NCBI GenBank assembly: GCA_903944135.1
Contig: CAJAQL010000016.1
Span: forward strand, 1,903-65,902
Direction: 5' to 3'
Source of the DNA: an uncultured Parcubacteria group bacterium
GTDB taxonomy: Bacteria > Patescibacteriota > Minisyncoccia > UBA6257 > 2-01-FULL-56-20
DNA length: 64,000 nt
Positions 33,710-42,540 of the stretch are shown here, piece after piece (the first letter of the stretch is position 1; each line of letters opens with the position of its first letter). The notes beneath the pieces were generated by a model, which saw nothing but the letters and a program-made list of their open reading frames with translations, was not told the DNA's origin and ran no database searches. The translations under genes were made by a program, and so were the position numbers.

Positions 33710-34294
33710 ATGATCCTCTCAGATCGGGACATCAAAAAAGCCCTTGCGGATGGGCGCATCAAGCTGACGCCGGCGCCGGATTTCGAGACCCAGCTTGGCT
33801 CCTGCTCGCTCGACCTCCATCTCGGGAACGTTTTCCAGATATTCCGCCGATCGAAGATCGCCTGCATCGATATCCACGATACGGAAAAAACGAAGGATAT
33901 CATGGAAACCCTTACGATCCCCGAAGGGGAAGCGATCGTGCTCCAGCCCGGTGAGCTCGTCCTTGCAACGACTGTCGAATGGCTTGAGATCGCGGATGAT
34001 CTCGTCGGCCGCATCGAGGGGCGAAGTTCGCTCGGACGGCTCGGTATCATCGTGCATGGTACGGCATCCGTCTTCGATCCCGGATGGCGCGGCAAGCCCG
34101 TGATGGAGCTCGGCAATCTCGGCGTTGTGCCCGTGCTTCTCTACCCCGGCATGCGCGCCTGCTCGTTCACCTTTGAAGAAGTTTCGAGCAAGGTGGAAGT
34201 CCCCTATTATCTCAAGAAGAAGAATAAATACGCCGGACAGGAAACGCCGCTCGCCTCGAAACTCTACCAGGAGATCGAAAAGAAAGAAGAATAA
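33710..34294 (+). CDS. dcd: dCTP deaminase
   Basis: MILSDRDIKKAL...GSCSLDLHLG...EGRSSLGRLG, Dcd/dUTPase-like fold. 194 aa. Confidence 0.88.
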   Translation: MILSDRDIKKALADGRIKLTPAPDFETQLGSCSLDLHLGNVFQIFRRSKIACIDIHDTEKTKDIMETLTIPEGEAIVLQPGELVLATTVEWLEIADDLVGRIEGRSSLGRLGIIVHGTASVFDPGWRGKPVMELGNLGVVPVLLYPGMRACSFTFEEVSSKVEVPYYLKKKNKYAGQETPLASKLYQEIEKKEE

Positions 34295-34358
34295 TGACTC
34301 CGCCTTCGCGGGAACAGGCTCCAGCAGGGATCCATCCTCAAAAAAGAAAAATAAAAAT

Positions 34359-35033
34359 ATGCAGAACGATCACTACGAGATAGAAATAAAATCACTTCTT
34401 GGCAGTCCGGAAAGCGCGGAACGCTTGAAAACGAAAATGCAGGAAGTCGATCCCTCGCTCGAAAGCATCGGCTCTCATCGTCAGCTCAATCATTATTTCG
34501 AAGGTAACGGCGACTTCAAGAAAGTCGCGGAGGTCTTGAAGGATGAAAACGATCATGCAAGATTTCTGGATATTGCAGCGAAGGCAAAAGAGATCTCGCT
34601 CCGCACGCGCGAAGCCGACGGTGCTGTGCTCCTTGTTCTGAAAGCATCCATTGATGACACAACGAGCGCAAACGGCACTGCCCGACGCGAATTCGAAGAG
34701 AAAGTCGATCTCCCGCTTGATGGCCTTGATAAAGCGATCCTTGCCGCGGGCTTCACCTATCAATCAAAGTGGTCGCGGGAGCGGCAGGAGTTCCGCTTCT
34801 CCGACGTAAACGTCACAATCGACCGCAACGCCGGCTACGGCTATCTCGCCGAGTTTGAATCCATCGAAAAAGATCCCGCACGCGCGGATGACGCGAAAGC
34901 GGAATTGCGGAAGCTCATGCAAAGCGTCGGCTGTGAGGAGCTCAACCAGGATCGTCTCGCGCGCATGTTCGCTTTTTATAACGCGCACTGGCCGGAATAC
35001 TACGGTACCGAGAAAGTATTTAATATAGAATAA
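34359..35033 (+). CDS. CYTH-domain (triphosphate tunnel metalloenzyme, CyaB/ThTPase-like) protein
   Basis: N-terminal HYEIEIKSLL (ExExK motif), and acidic/basic residues spaced as in CYTH beta-barrels. The ORF-track entry 34125.. is extended; the ATG at 34359 follows the dcd stop. Confidence 0.5.
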   Translation: MQNDHYEIEIKSLLGSPESAERLKTKMQEVDPSLESIGSHRQLNHYFEGNGDFKKVAEVLKDENDHARFLDIAAKAKEISLRTREADGAVLLVLKASIDDTTSANGTARREFEEKVDLPLDGLDKAILAAGFTYQSKWSRERQEFRFSDVNVTIDRNAGYGYLAEFESIEKDPARADDAKAELRKLMQSVGCEELNQDRLARMFAFYNAHWPEYYGTEKVFNIE

Positions 35034-35050
35034 ACGTTCTCTGAAAAATC

Positions 35051-36049
35051 ATGACCAACCGCATAAATCCCGATCATCCCGAATATCAATATCTCGATCT
35101 GCTCCAGGATATTCTGGATCATGGTGAGCGGCAGGAGGATAAAGGAACCGGAGCGGTCACGTGGAGCGTCTTCGGACGCCAACTCCGCTTCGACCTCAGC
35201 AAGGGATTCCCTCTCCTCACGACAAAAAAAGTCTATTGGAAGGGCGTGCTCTATGAGCTCGCGTGGTTCTTGTCCGGCCAATCGAACATCAAATATCTTG
35301 TGGATAATAACGTTCACATTTGGGACGATTATCCGTACAAGATCTACCGCGAAAAGATGGATCGCGGCGAACTGGCGCCGCTCACAAAAGATGAGTTCAT
35401 TGCAAAGATCGCGGGCGACGAAACGTTCGCAAAAACCTGCGGCGAACTGCCGCATATTTATGGTGAACTTTGGCGCCGCTGGCCAGGCAAGAACGGCCGG
35501 ACCGTCGACCAGGTCCAGTGGCTCGTGGATGATCTCAAAAAGGATCCCGACGCGCATAACGCGCTCATTTCAGCATGGGATCCGGAATATCTTTATGAAA
35601 TGGCGCTTCCCGAAGAGGCGTGCCGCTTCCCGATCTGCCACAACATGTGGCAGTGCAACGTGAAGAACGGAAAATTATCGCTCCATCTTTATCAGCGTTC
35701 TGCCGACACGTTCCTCGGCGTACCGTTCAACATCGCAAGCTATGCGCTTCTTACCGCGATCCTCGCACAAGTGACCGGCAATCAGCCCGGCGAGTTTATT
35801 CATACGTTCGGTGATGTCCATATTTACGATACTCACAAAGACGCCGTGAAAGAACAGCTCTCGCGCGAACCGAAACCGTTGCCGAAGCTCATTCTCGATC
35901 CGTCATTCAAAACCGTTGATGAGTTCAAGCCCGAATTTGCCAAGATCGAGGGATATAATCCGCATCCTACGATCAAAGCAGAACTCGCTCCGACCGGCGG
36001 CCTCACCACCGATTCATGGAAAAAGTTCATAGAGGAAAAGAAGGGGTGA
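35051..36049 (+). CDS. thyA: Thymidylate synthase ThyA
   Basis: LAWFLSG...PICHNMWQCNV (catalytic Cys) ...YQRSADTFLGVPFNIASYALLT. 332 aa. Confidence 0.95.
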   Translation: MTNRINPDHPEYQYLDLLQDILDHGERQEDKGTGAVTWSVFGRQLRFDLSKGFPLLTTKKVYWKGVLYELAWFLSGQSNIKYLVDNNVHIWDDYPYKIYREKMDRGELAPLTKDEFIAKIAGDETFAKTCGELPHIYGELWRRWPGKNGRTVDQVQWLVDDLKKDPDAHNALISAWDPEYLYEMALPEEACRFPICHNMWQCNVKNGKLSLHLYQRSADTFLGVPFNIASYALLTAILAQVTGNQPGEFIHTFGDVHIYDTHKDAVKEQLSREPKPLPKLILDPSFKTVDEFKPEFAKIEGYNPHPTIKAELAPTGGLTTDSWKKFIEEKKG

Positions 36050-36165
36050 TTTCGACGCCAAGATTTTCTGGATCCCGCCAGTTCCATAGAAGGACAACTA
36101 TCGGTCCATTCATATGAATGGACCGATAAAAATATCTGCGCGGGCAAATTTACTGATCGTATTCT

Positions 36166-36651
36166 CTATTTTCTTTCATAGACGCAGAAATCATAATCGA
36201 ATGCGTTCCTTCCATCTTTCGTGTACGGCTCCGAACTCACAAGGCGCCACTCAGCATCGCTCCATTCGGGGAAAAAAGTGTCGGCCTCAAATTTGCCATG
36301 CACCTGGGTGAGATACAATTTCCGTGCCACAGGCATGGCAAGATGATAGATCTGTCCACCACCGATGACAAAAGCTTCGTTTGATTTTTTTGCAATATCC
36401 AGCGCCTCATCAAGCGAACGCACCACACGGCAGCCATCCGCATAAAAATCCAGGCTTTTCGTAAGAACAATATTCGTCCGACCGGGAAGCGGCTTGCCGA
36501 TCGACTCGAAAGTCCTCTGCCCCATGATGACCGGATGTCCTATGGTCAATTCCTTGAACCGCTTGAAATCCTCAGGCAGATGCCATGGTATGCTGCCCCG
36601 AAAACCAAGTTCGCGATTTTCGCCTATCGCCGCAATGATAGAAATGATCAT
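36166..36651 (-). CDS. folA: Dihydrofolate reductase
   Basis: MIISIIAAIGENRELGFRGSIPWHLPEDFKRFKELTIGHPVIMGQRTFESIG. 161 aa, convergent with thyA. Confidence 0.9.
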   Translation of the reverse strand: MIISIIAAIGENRELGFRGSIPWHLPEDFKRFKELTIGHPVIMGQRTFESIGKPLPGRTNIVLTKSLDFYADGCRVVRSLDEALDIAKKSNEAFVIGGGQIYHLAMPVARKLYLTQVHGKFEADTFFPEWSDAEWRLVSSEPYTKDGRNAFDYDFCVYERK

Positions 36652-36733
36652 GGTTTAAAAAGATCCAAGAATCATGATTCATGATTCAGAAAGGATCATT
36701 CCTGAATCTTATCTCCCCAATCTTGAATCGAAG

Positions 36734-37033
36734 TTACGGCGCAATGAACGGATTCTGCCGTCCCACGGGTACCGGGCCGGTTGATGTCGGCTCAGAGATA
36801 TATTGTTTCAGCGCCTGGAATTCGTCGTTGTTCACCACGTCTTCCGGATTGACAGCACTCACCGAAAGAGAACTGACGTTCTGCAATGTTCCCGTGGGCA
36901 AGATGATGGCCGAGGGCGGCTCAACAAAAAAGATATAGTAGATCGCCGCCCCAATGACCGCAAGGACCACAAGCCATCCGAGGATAGCAAGAACATTACT
37001 GCTTTTCTTTTCTTCTTCAATGACGATCGCCAT
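36734..37033 (-). CDS. Small single-TM protein, last gene of the pilM-pilN-pilO operon (PilP-like position)
   Basis: 99 aa with TM VLAILGWLVVLAVIGAAIYYIFF. Called from position only. Confidence 0.35.
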   Translation of the reverse strand: MAIVIEEEKKSSNVLAILGWLVVLAVIGAAIYYIFFVEPPSAIILPTGTLQNVSSLSVSAVNPEDVVNNDEFQALKQYISEPTSTGPVPVGRQNPFIAP

Positions 37034-37036
37034 GGA

Positions 37037-37645
37037 TTATTGCGTTTGATAATAAGTATCGACGGTTATGGAATAGTTGAACGCATCGCGCGTCGGTGCG
37101 GTTTTCGAACCTGGAACTGTCGCTACGGTCATCGGCTGAAGAGAGAAAGTCTCCACGTCGAATATCCTGACATTTGTCTCTATTTCTGAAAGAAAGTTCT
37201 TGAGGCTCTCGTAGCTGCCCGATCCCGTCAGTTTGAATGCGAAACTGCCCAACGGTTTTATGGGTGACGTCGATGAAGATGTCCCTGTTTTTTTGACCTG
37301 GATCTCGGGGGCTGTTACGGTGACGCCCGTTATGTTGATATTATTGTTTGTTGCGATGCCCTGGATCTGCGCGAGCGCTCCCGCAATATCCTCGCCGGAA
37401 GGCATTGCTAAACTTACGTTCGCAGCCCCCTGTGCTTCGTTCTGATAGGTGTTGAGGGTCGTCTGCACCTGTTTCACGAGCGCGGTCTGGCTCGTGAGAT
37501 AATTCTGTTCGCCAAGCTGCTTCCCCCGCAACGTCTGTACCTCGCTATACGTGGGCTGGACAAGATCAAAAAAGCAAACGAACGCCGCCACAATGAAGAT
37601 AAAAGCAACGAATACGCTCATAAGCCGTTTTGAACTTTGTTTCAT
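37037..37645 (-). CDS. pilO: Type IV pilus assembly protein PilO-like
   Basis: N-terminal TM followed by coiled-coil then a beta-rich domain. Its start overlaps the pilN stop (ATGA coupling). Confidence 0.5.
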   Translation of the reverse strand: MKQSSKRLMSVFVAFIFIVAAFVCFFDLVQPTYSEVQTLRGKQLGEQNYLTSQTALVKQVQTTLNTYQNEAQGAANVSLAMPSGEDIAGALAQIQGIATNNNINITGVTVTAPEIQVKKTGTSSSTSPIKPLGSFAFKLTGSGSYESLKNFLSEIETNVRIFDVETFSLQPMTVATVPGSKTAPTRDAFNYSITVDTYYQTQ

Positions 37646-38322
37646 AGTATTGGCATGTTATTCACGGGCGACGCCGTGGAAGTTGCTGCTGCCGAAGAGG
37701 TTGCCGCGGGTGTCGTTGTAGGAGTCGTTGCTTGAGATGCCGGCATCGGCACGGTCGGCGACGATGCGCCCGGCGTCCATAAAAGAATTGATGGATTCAC
37801 TACCAAAACAGCGTTGAAGGTCCAATCGTTCGCAGAAGACGAGAAGGCGACGTTCGAAAGCGTGACCGACGAGATGTTCGGCGACGCCTCGAATGCGGCG
37901 ACCTGTTCCGTGATGTCCGCCGATGTCTTTGCAACGCCTGAAAGCGTGATCTGATCACCAGATGCAAATGACATATTGGTATAGTAGATATTCCCCTCGG
38001 TATTCTGTTCTAGCCAGGTCAAAAATTGGGAGAAGAAAACGTGGCCCTTGATCAAAGACTGAATGTTGCTGATCTGCGAATAGAACGTGACAAGACTTGC
38101 CTCGTCCGATACCGAAACCGACTGTCCCAATTTTTGAGCCTGTCCCTGCAGCGAAGAAAGCTGGGAATTCAAGTACGGCTCATAGCCGAACTTCAAACCG
38201 GCATAGATAAAAATAATAATGAAAAAAATACTTCCGGCAAAAAGGATGATACCGGACGACCAGCCCGGAGATCGACTTGATCCCTGATTCAACTGTTGAA
38301 CGACCTGCTGCGGAAGTGCCAT
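37642..38322 (-). CDS. pilN: Type IV pilus assembly protein PilN-like, with a Thr/Ala/Ser/Pro-rich C-terminal tail
   Basis: Short cytoplasmic N-terminus, a TM (IILFAGSIFFIIIFIYAGL) and a periplasmic domain. Sits directly downstream of pilM. Confidence 0.5.
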   Translation of the reverse strand: MALPQQVVQQLNQGSSRSPGWSSGIILFAGSIFFIIIFIYAGLKFGYEPYLNSQLSSLQGQAQKLGQSVSVSDEASLVTFYSQISNIQSLIKGHVFFSQFLTWLEQNTEGNIYYTNMSFASGDQITLSGVAKTSADITEQVAAFEASPNISSVTLSNVAFSSSANDWTFNAVLVVNPSILLWTPGASSPTVPMPASQATTPTTTPAATSSAAATSTASPVNNMPIL

Positions 38323-38450
38323 AAGATAAGTATAAGATATTAGGCGAAAAGTGAAAAGTGAAAAAATTATTAAAGAATCTTTTACTTTGCCCCGATCAAT
38401 TGGTAGTTTTCAGGAAGGACTCTCCGAAAGATATTTTTGCGGGACTGGAT

Positions 38451-39539
38451 CTATGAAAGGAATTCCTTAAGGCCGAGACCGAGCGAAATCGGCATCACGG
38501 CGTTCAGTTCGCCCACGAGCGGCTCCATGGCGGCCGGATATTGGAACCGGGAAAAGGGAGATATTTTCACCGTCGGAAGACCGAGCGCACGTTCAACATA
38601 TTGTTCAAGACCGAGCAAATTGGCACCGCCTCCCGCAAGAACGACCCGTTCGGTTTTCCGTAAGCCCGGAAACTGTTCGCCATAGGAAAACTGCGCCTTC
38701 CTCACTTCATTCAGTATAACATCAAGGAATGGAAGCATAATGGTGGATAATTCGTAACTCGGCCCGGTACCCAAAACCCCCCGCTCTTTCTTCAATTCCT
38801 CGGCACGGAGCGGATTGATGTTCAAACTCGATGCCAAAGCCTGCGTCAAAGAAGCGCCTCCAAAATCGCTTTGCGTTGCCCAAACCAAACTCCCCTTTTC
38901 CAAAAAAACAACACTGGTCGAACGGCTTCCGATATCGATGACCATGGTCGACGTCGGATCGCCGCCGAAAATCCGCGTCAGACTCAAGCTTTCGATCTCG
39001 AGCGCGCGGAGCGTAAGCCCCGCGGCCGCAAACATCGCCTGATATTTCTTGATCTGTTCTTGCGGCACCGAGATCAAGAGTATTTTCTGATGGAAAAATC
39101 CCTTTTCATCTTCGAATTCGGCGACCTTGAGCCAGTCAAGCGCCACCTCGGAAAGCGGCAACGGAACATACTGCTTCGCTTGGTAAACGATCGCATGCTC
39201 GATCTCGCGCGGTTCCATTCTCGGAAAATCAAGCACCGAAATGAATGCGGAAAAGAGAGGCAAAGACGCGACGACATCTTTTGTGGGTGTTCCCATTTCG
39301 CGGACCACCGTCTTCAAAAGATCAACGATCTCCGATTCGAATATTTTCAAGCTGCTTGTTTGCAGCGCCTGATTTTCCCGCGCGAGATATCCGCTCGATT
39401 CCAGGATGCCGTAATTCACGAGTTCCGGCCGATCCTTGCCGTTCCTCACTTCGGCAACCTTAATAGACGTCGTACCGATATCGACGCCGAGATACGAAGG
39501 AAAAACTGTCCTCTGGAAAAAATTGAAAGGATTATCCAT
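38451..39539 (-). CDS. pilM: Type IV pilus assembly protein PilM (actin-like ATPase fold)
   Basis: LGVDIGTTSIKVAEV... and an FtsA/PilM-like fold through 362 aa. Confidence 0.85.
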   Translation of the reverse strand: MDNPFNFFQRTVFPSYLGVDIGTTSIKVAEVRNGKDRPELVNYGILESSGYLARENQALQTSSLKIFESEIVDLLKTVVREMGTPTKDVVASLPLFSAFISVLDFPRMEPREIEHAIVYQAKQYVPLPLSEVALDWLKVAEFEDEKGFFHQKILLISVPQEQIKKYQAMFAAAGLTLRALEIESLSLTRIFGGDPTSTMVIDIGSRSTSVVFLEKGSLVWATQSDFGGASLTQALASSLNINPLRAEELKKERGVLGTGPSYELSTIMLPFLDVILNEVRKAQFSYGEQFPGLRKTERVVLAGGGANLLGLEQYVERALGLPTVKISPFSRFQYPAAMEPLVGELNAVMPISLGLGLKEFLS

Positions 39540-39570
39540 GAAATCAAAATTGCTTCTTTGTCATTATAGC

Positions 39571-40260
39571 ATGAAATGCATTGATATTATTTCAAAAATC
39601 CTTTTTCCGCCGCAATGCCTTGCCTGTGCAGTTCGGCTCGACTCGGGGATTTTGTGCGAACCATGTCTTGAAGCGATTCCATGCTATACGACGCTTTTTT
39701 GCGCCCGCTGCGGCGCGAGGTCACCCGAGGCAAAGAAGATATGTCATCGGGAAACGCCCTACCTTCTTGGTTCCGTGGGACCTTACGATAATGCAACACT
39801 CAAGCTTTTGATCCAAAATCTGAAATTTCGCGGTGTGCGGCAAGCTGCAAAGCCACTTGCGATTCTTATCGCGCGCTATCTCAGGAAGATCCCAATTGAT
39901 ACCGGAAAGTTCATCCTTATCCCTCTGCCGCTTTCCCGCAAGCGGCGAAATGAACGCGGCTTCAATCAAGCGGCTGAAATCGCGAAATACCTCGCGGAAT
40001 ACCTGCCCATCCAAATAAGAAACGACATCCTGTTGCGAAATCGCAACACCAAACCCCAAACCGAAACCAAGAACGCCGCAGAACGGCAAAAAAACATTCT
40101 TGGCTGTTTTTCGGTCTCAAAACAGCGGGATATCTTCCGGAAGGACATTCTCCTTCTTGATGACGTCGTGACCTCCGGCGCAACGCTCGGAGAGGCGGCA
40201 TGCGCGCTCAAGGCCGCCGGCGCCCGAAAGATCATCGCCATCACGGCAGCGAAGGCGTGA
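39571..40260 (+). CDS. comFC: ComF family competence protein (ComFC; Zn-ribbon plus phosphoribosyltransferase domain)
   Basis: N-terminal CxxC...CxxC (CLACAV...CEPC..) and a C-terminal PRTase motif ILLLDDVVTSGATL. Divergent from pilM. The ORF-track start at 39436 would overlap the pilM start; the ATG at 39571 is preferred. Confidence 0.78.
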   Translation: MKCIDIISKILFPPQCLACAVRLDSGILCEPCLEAIPCYTTLFCARCGARSPEAKKICHRETPYLLGSVGPYDNATLKLLIQNLKFRGVRQAAKPLAILIARYLRKIPIDTGKFILIPLPLSRKRRNERGFNQAAEIAKYLAEYLPIQIRNDILLRNRNTKPQTETKNAAERQKNILGCFSVSKQRDIFRKDILLLDDVVTSGATLGEAACALKAAGARKIIAITAAKA

Positions 40261-40299
40261 TGATGACTTCCCGTTTGATGCATAAATCTTAGATCAATA

Positions 40300-40785
40300 T
40301 TGTGCTACAATAAGCTTATGGCATCATCCGAGACAGCATGGCAGGCACCGGAATTCGAATACCGCCCCAAAAGCGTTTCGTGGTACTGGATATCGATCAT
40401 CATCTCAGCTGCCATTATTGCTTTTTCCATTTGGGAACGGAATTTTCTTTTCGGCATATTCATCGTTATCGCCGAGATCCTTCTGATCGCATGGGGCAAC
40501 GAGATTCCCGTAAACCTTGATTTTTCCCTGACCGAAAATGATCTTCTGATCGGCGCCGAAAAGCACCACCAGATCAAACTTTTCGAGAACTTCAGCATAA
40601 ACGATCTCAATGACAACTGGATCGAGCTTTTTTTCACCTTTAAAAACAAGATCCGGGCGCCGCTCAAGATATTGGCCCCAAAGGAAAAAACCGATGATAT
40701 CCGGCAATGCCTCAAACCGGTCCTGCGCGAGGTCGAGTTCGAACCGTCGCTTCTCGATTCCCTTGAAAAAATCATCGGATTCTAA
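40300..40785 (+). CDS. Hypothetical membrane protein (2 TM)
   Basis: 161 aa with hydrophobic helices WYWISIIISAAIIAFSIW and FGIFIVIAEILLIAWG. Confidence 0.4.
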   Translation: MCYNKLMASSETAWQAPEFEYRPKSVSWYWISIIISAAIIAFSIWERNFLFGIFIVIAEILLIAWGNEIPVNLDFSLTENDLLIGAEKHHQIKLFENFSINDLNDNWIELFFTFKNKIRAPLKILAPKEKTDDIRQCLKPVLREVEFEPSLLDSLEKIIGF

Positions 40786-40914
40786 TATGGTAAGAGGGTT
40801 ATCCGTCCTCGTCGTTCAACGGATAGGACGCAAGATTGCGGATCTTGCAATCGAGGTTCGATTCCTCGCGAGGGCACAAAATTCATCTTCTTAAAAATTG
40901 ATCAGGCGATATCC

Positions 40915-41166
40915 ATGAAAATCTTCGGTGTCACCCTCATCGCTGTCATTATATTTGCCTTTGTCTTCTGGGGAGTTTTTTATTATTCCGCGCGCCTTTC
41001 AGGGGAAACAGTAACCCTACCGCAGGAAACGCCGATCGCCGCTTCATCTTCCATAAAATCATCCACCAAGACACAGGTCCCGACGACGACGATCCCTGAA
41101 AATTTCAAAGGACCCACCAGTACCCCCAGCATCATCGGCCCCAAAAGCAATCCTCCGAACTATTAG
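40915..41166 (+). CDS. Small secreted or membrane-anchored protein with a Ser/Thr/Pro-rich tail
   Basis: 83 aa with an N-terminal TM/signal IFGVTLIAVIIFAFVFWGVFYY. Confidence 0.35.
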   Translation: MKIFGVTLIAVIIFAFVFWGVFYYSARLSGETVTLPQETPIAASSSIKSSTKTQVPTTTIPENFKGPTSTPSIIGPKSNPPNY

Positions 41167-41227
41167 GAATCTTCTTCGCCGCGGTTGAAATTTTTCAAAG
41201 AATCAGTAGAATGACAAAGTGCTCGCC

Positions 41228-41299
41228 GCGGGTATCGTATAGCGGCTATTATGCGACCTTGCCAAGGTCGAAATACGGGTTCGACTCCCGTTACCCGCT
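41228..41299 (+). tRNA. tRNA-Gly (anticodon GCC), no encoded CCA
   Basis: Acceptor GCGGGTA/TACCCGC, D-stem CGTA/TATG, anticodon arm CGACC-TTGCCAA-GGTCG, T-arm ACGGG-TTCGACT-CCCGT, discriminator T. Confidence 0.85.
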
Positions 41300-41300
41300 C

Positions 41301-41345
41301 AAACAAAAATGAGCAGCTGTTACAGCGGCTTATTTTTGTTTGGGC
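41301..41345 (+). terminator. Hairpin plus T-tract terminator after tRNA-Gly
   Basis: AAACAAAAATGAGCAGCTG-TTAC-AGCGGCTTATTTTTGTTTG. Confidence 0.5.
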
Positions 41346-41461
41346 ATGATCGACAGTGAGTCGAACGCCGGAGCAGAATTTTTCAGCAGGAAAATTCCGT
41401 GAGGCGGTGCCCAGGCCAAACGCGAGCGGCGGCGAGCGTTTGAGCCGCGGGCGACTCCCGT

Positions 41462-41479
41462 TACCCGCTCGTTATGGGA
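41462..41479 (+). repeat. 18 bp direct repeat of the tRNA-Gly 3' end (GACTCCCGTTACCCGCTC)
   Basis: Exact copy of 41283..41300, located 162 bp downstream of the tRNA. Confidence 0.6.
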
Positions 41480-41863
41480 AATTTTTGACGCAATTCGTCT
41501 AAAGACATTGTGTTTACTTGTGTTTTCAGAGGTACGAACCATTCCAATTCTTGCTCTGCTGATTTTCGTTTATCTTTTACCCGTTCAAACGGTTTCTTCA
41601 ATGTTTTCGAGAGCGACTCTCTAATTTGATATACTTAAGACAACAAATAAAAATGGGTCCTTAGTGCCCGTGATCCTCCTGATTATAACGGAATTGCGGA
41701 AATAAAAAGTTTAAGGAAAATCGTTTTAATGAAGAGCTTTTCAAAAGGTCGCATAGATGGTTTTGAGATCATCACTGAGCGAGAAACTTTGCGTGTTTAT
41801 GCATGAGGCCAAAGAGAAATTTCAACTAAAAATATTTCGATTTCTTTAATAAATCAATAATCT

Positions 41864-42334
41864 ATGAAAAAGGTTCTTTGGTGGATCGGCGGCATCATAG
41901 TCGGAATCGTTTTGCTCACCGTGGCGGATCATATGTTTATCGCGATCAACCCGGGGAACAGCATGAATCCTTCGTTCAAAACCGATGCTATCCTCATCGT
42001 GATGCCGTTCTTCGCGCCGCAACGCGGCGAGATAGTCGTTTTCCGCGAGCCGAAAAATAACACCTCGTATTTTGTGAAGCGCATCGTGGGATTGCCGAAC
42101 GAGACCGTACAGATTCAAGACGGAGAGGTGCTGATAAACGGGAAAGTTTTGGATGAGCCGTATGTAAACAGCACGACAACGCCTATGAATGGCAGCGAAA
42201 CGAGTTCCAGTATAACTCTCGGTAACGCCCAATTTTTCCTTATGGGCGACAACCGTGCTGACAGCTACGACTCGCGGAGCTATGGGCCGATTCTTCGAAG
42301 CGATATTGTTAAGAAAGTGGTAACTGAACTTTAG
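41864..42334 (+). CDS. lepB: Signal peptidase I
   Basis: N-terminal TM, catalytic Ser motif GNSMNPS, and box D/E GDNRADSYDSR. 156 aa. Confidence 0.9.
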   Translation: MKKVLWWIGGIIVGIVLLTVADHMFIAINPGNSMNPSFKTDAILIVMPFFAPQRGEIVVFREPKNNTSYFVKRIVGLPNETVQIQDGEVLINGKVLDEPYVNSTTTPMNGSETSSSITLGNAQFFLMGDNRADSYDSRSYGPILRSDIVKKVVTEL

Positions 42335-42421
42335 GTAATGAAGCGCGAATAAGGATAGATGTCGCGTCAAAACTGGAGAAGAAATGAGATTTAGATGCAG
42401 GGAAGCTCATGAGCATCTCAC

Positions 42422-42458
42422 AAAAGACGTCCATCGTACGATGGACGTCTTTTGTTTT
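42422..42458 (+). terminator. Strong rho-independent terminator after lepB
   Basis: AAAAGACGTCCATCG-TAC-GATGGACGTCTTTTGTTTT. Confidence 0.8.
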
Positions 42459-42540
42459 CGGTCCGGATATTCTCTTCGCAAACGCATGAGACTTGAGCAT
42501 CATCAATAAAAAATGTTACACTCAACGCCAACCAGCCATC

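Noticed and set aside
41330-41542. Minus-strand 70-aa ORF in the tRNA-Gly downstream region.
   Set aside because: It overlaps the terminator hairpin and the repeat. The composition is basic and Arg-rich with no signals, so it is likely spurious.
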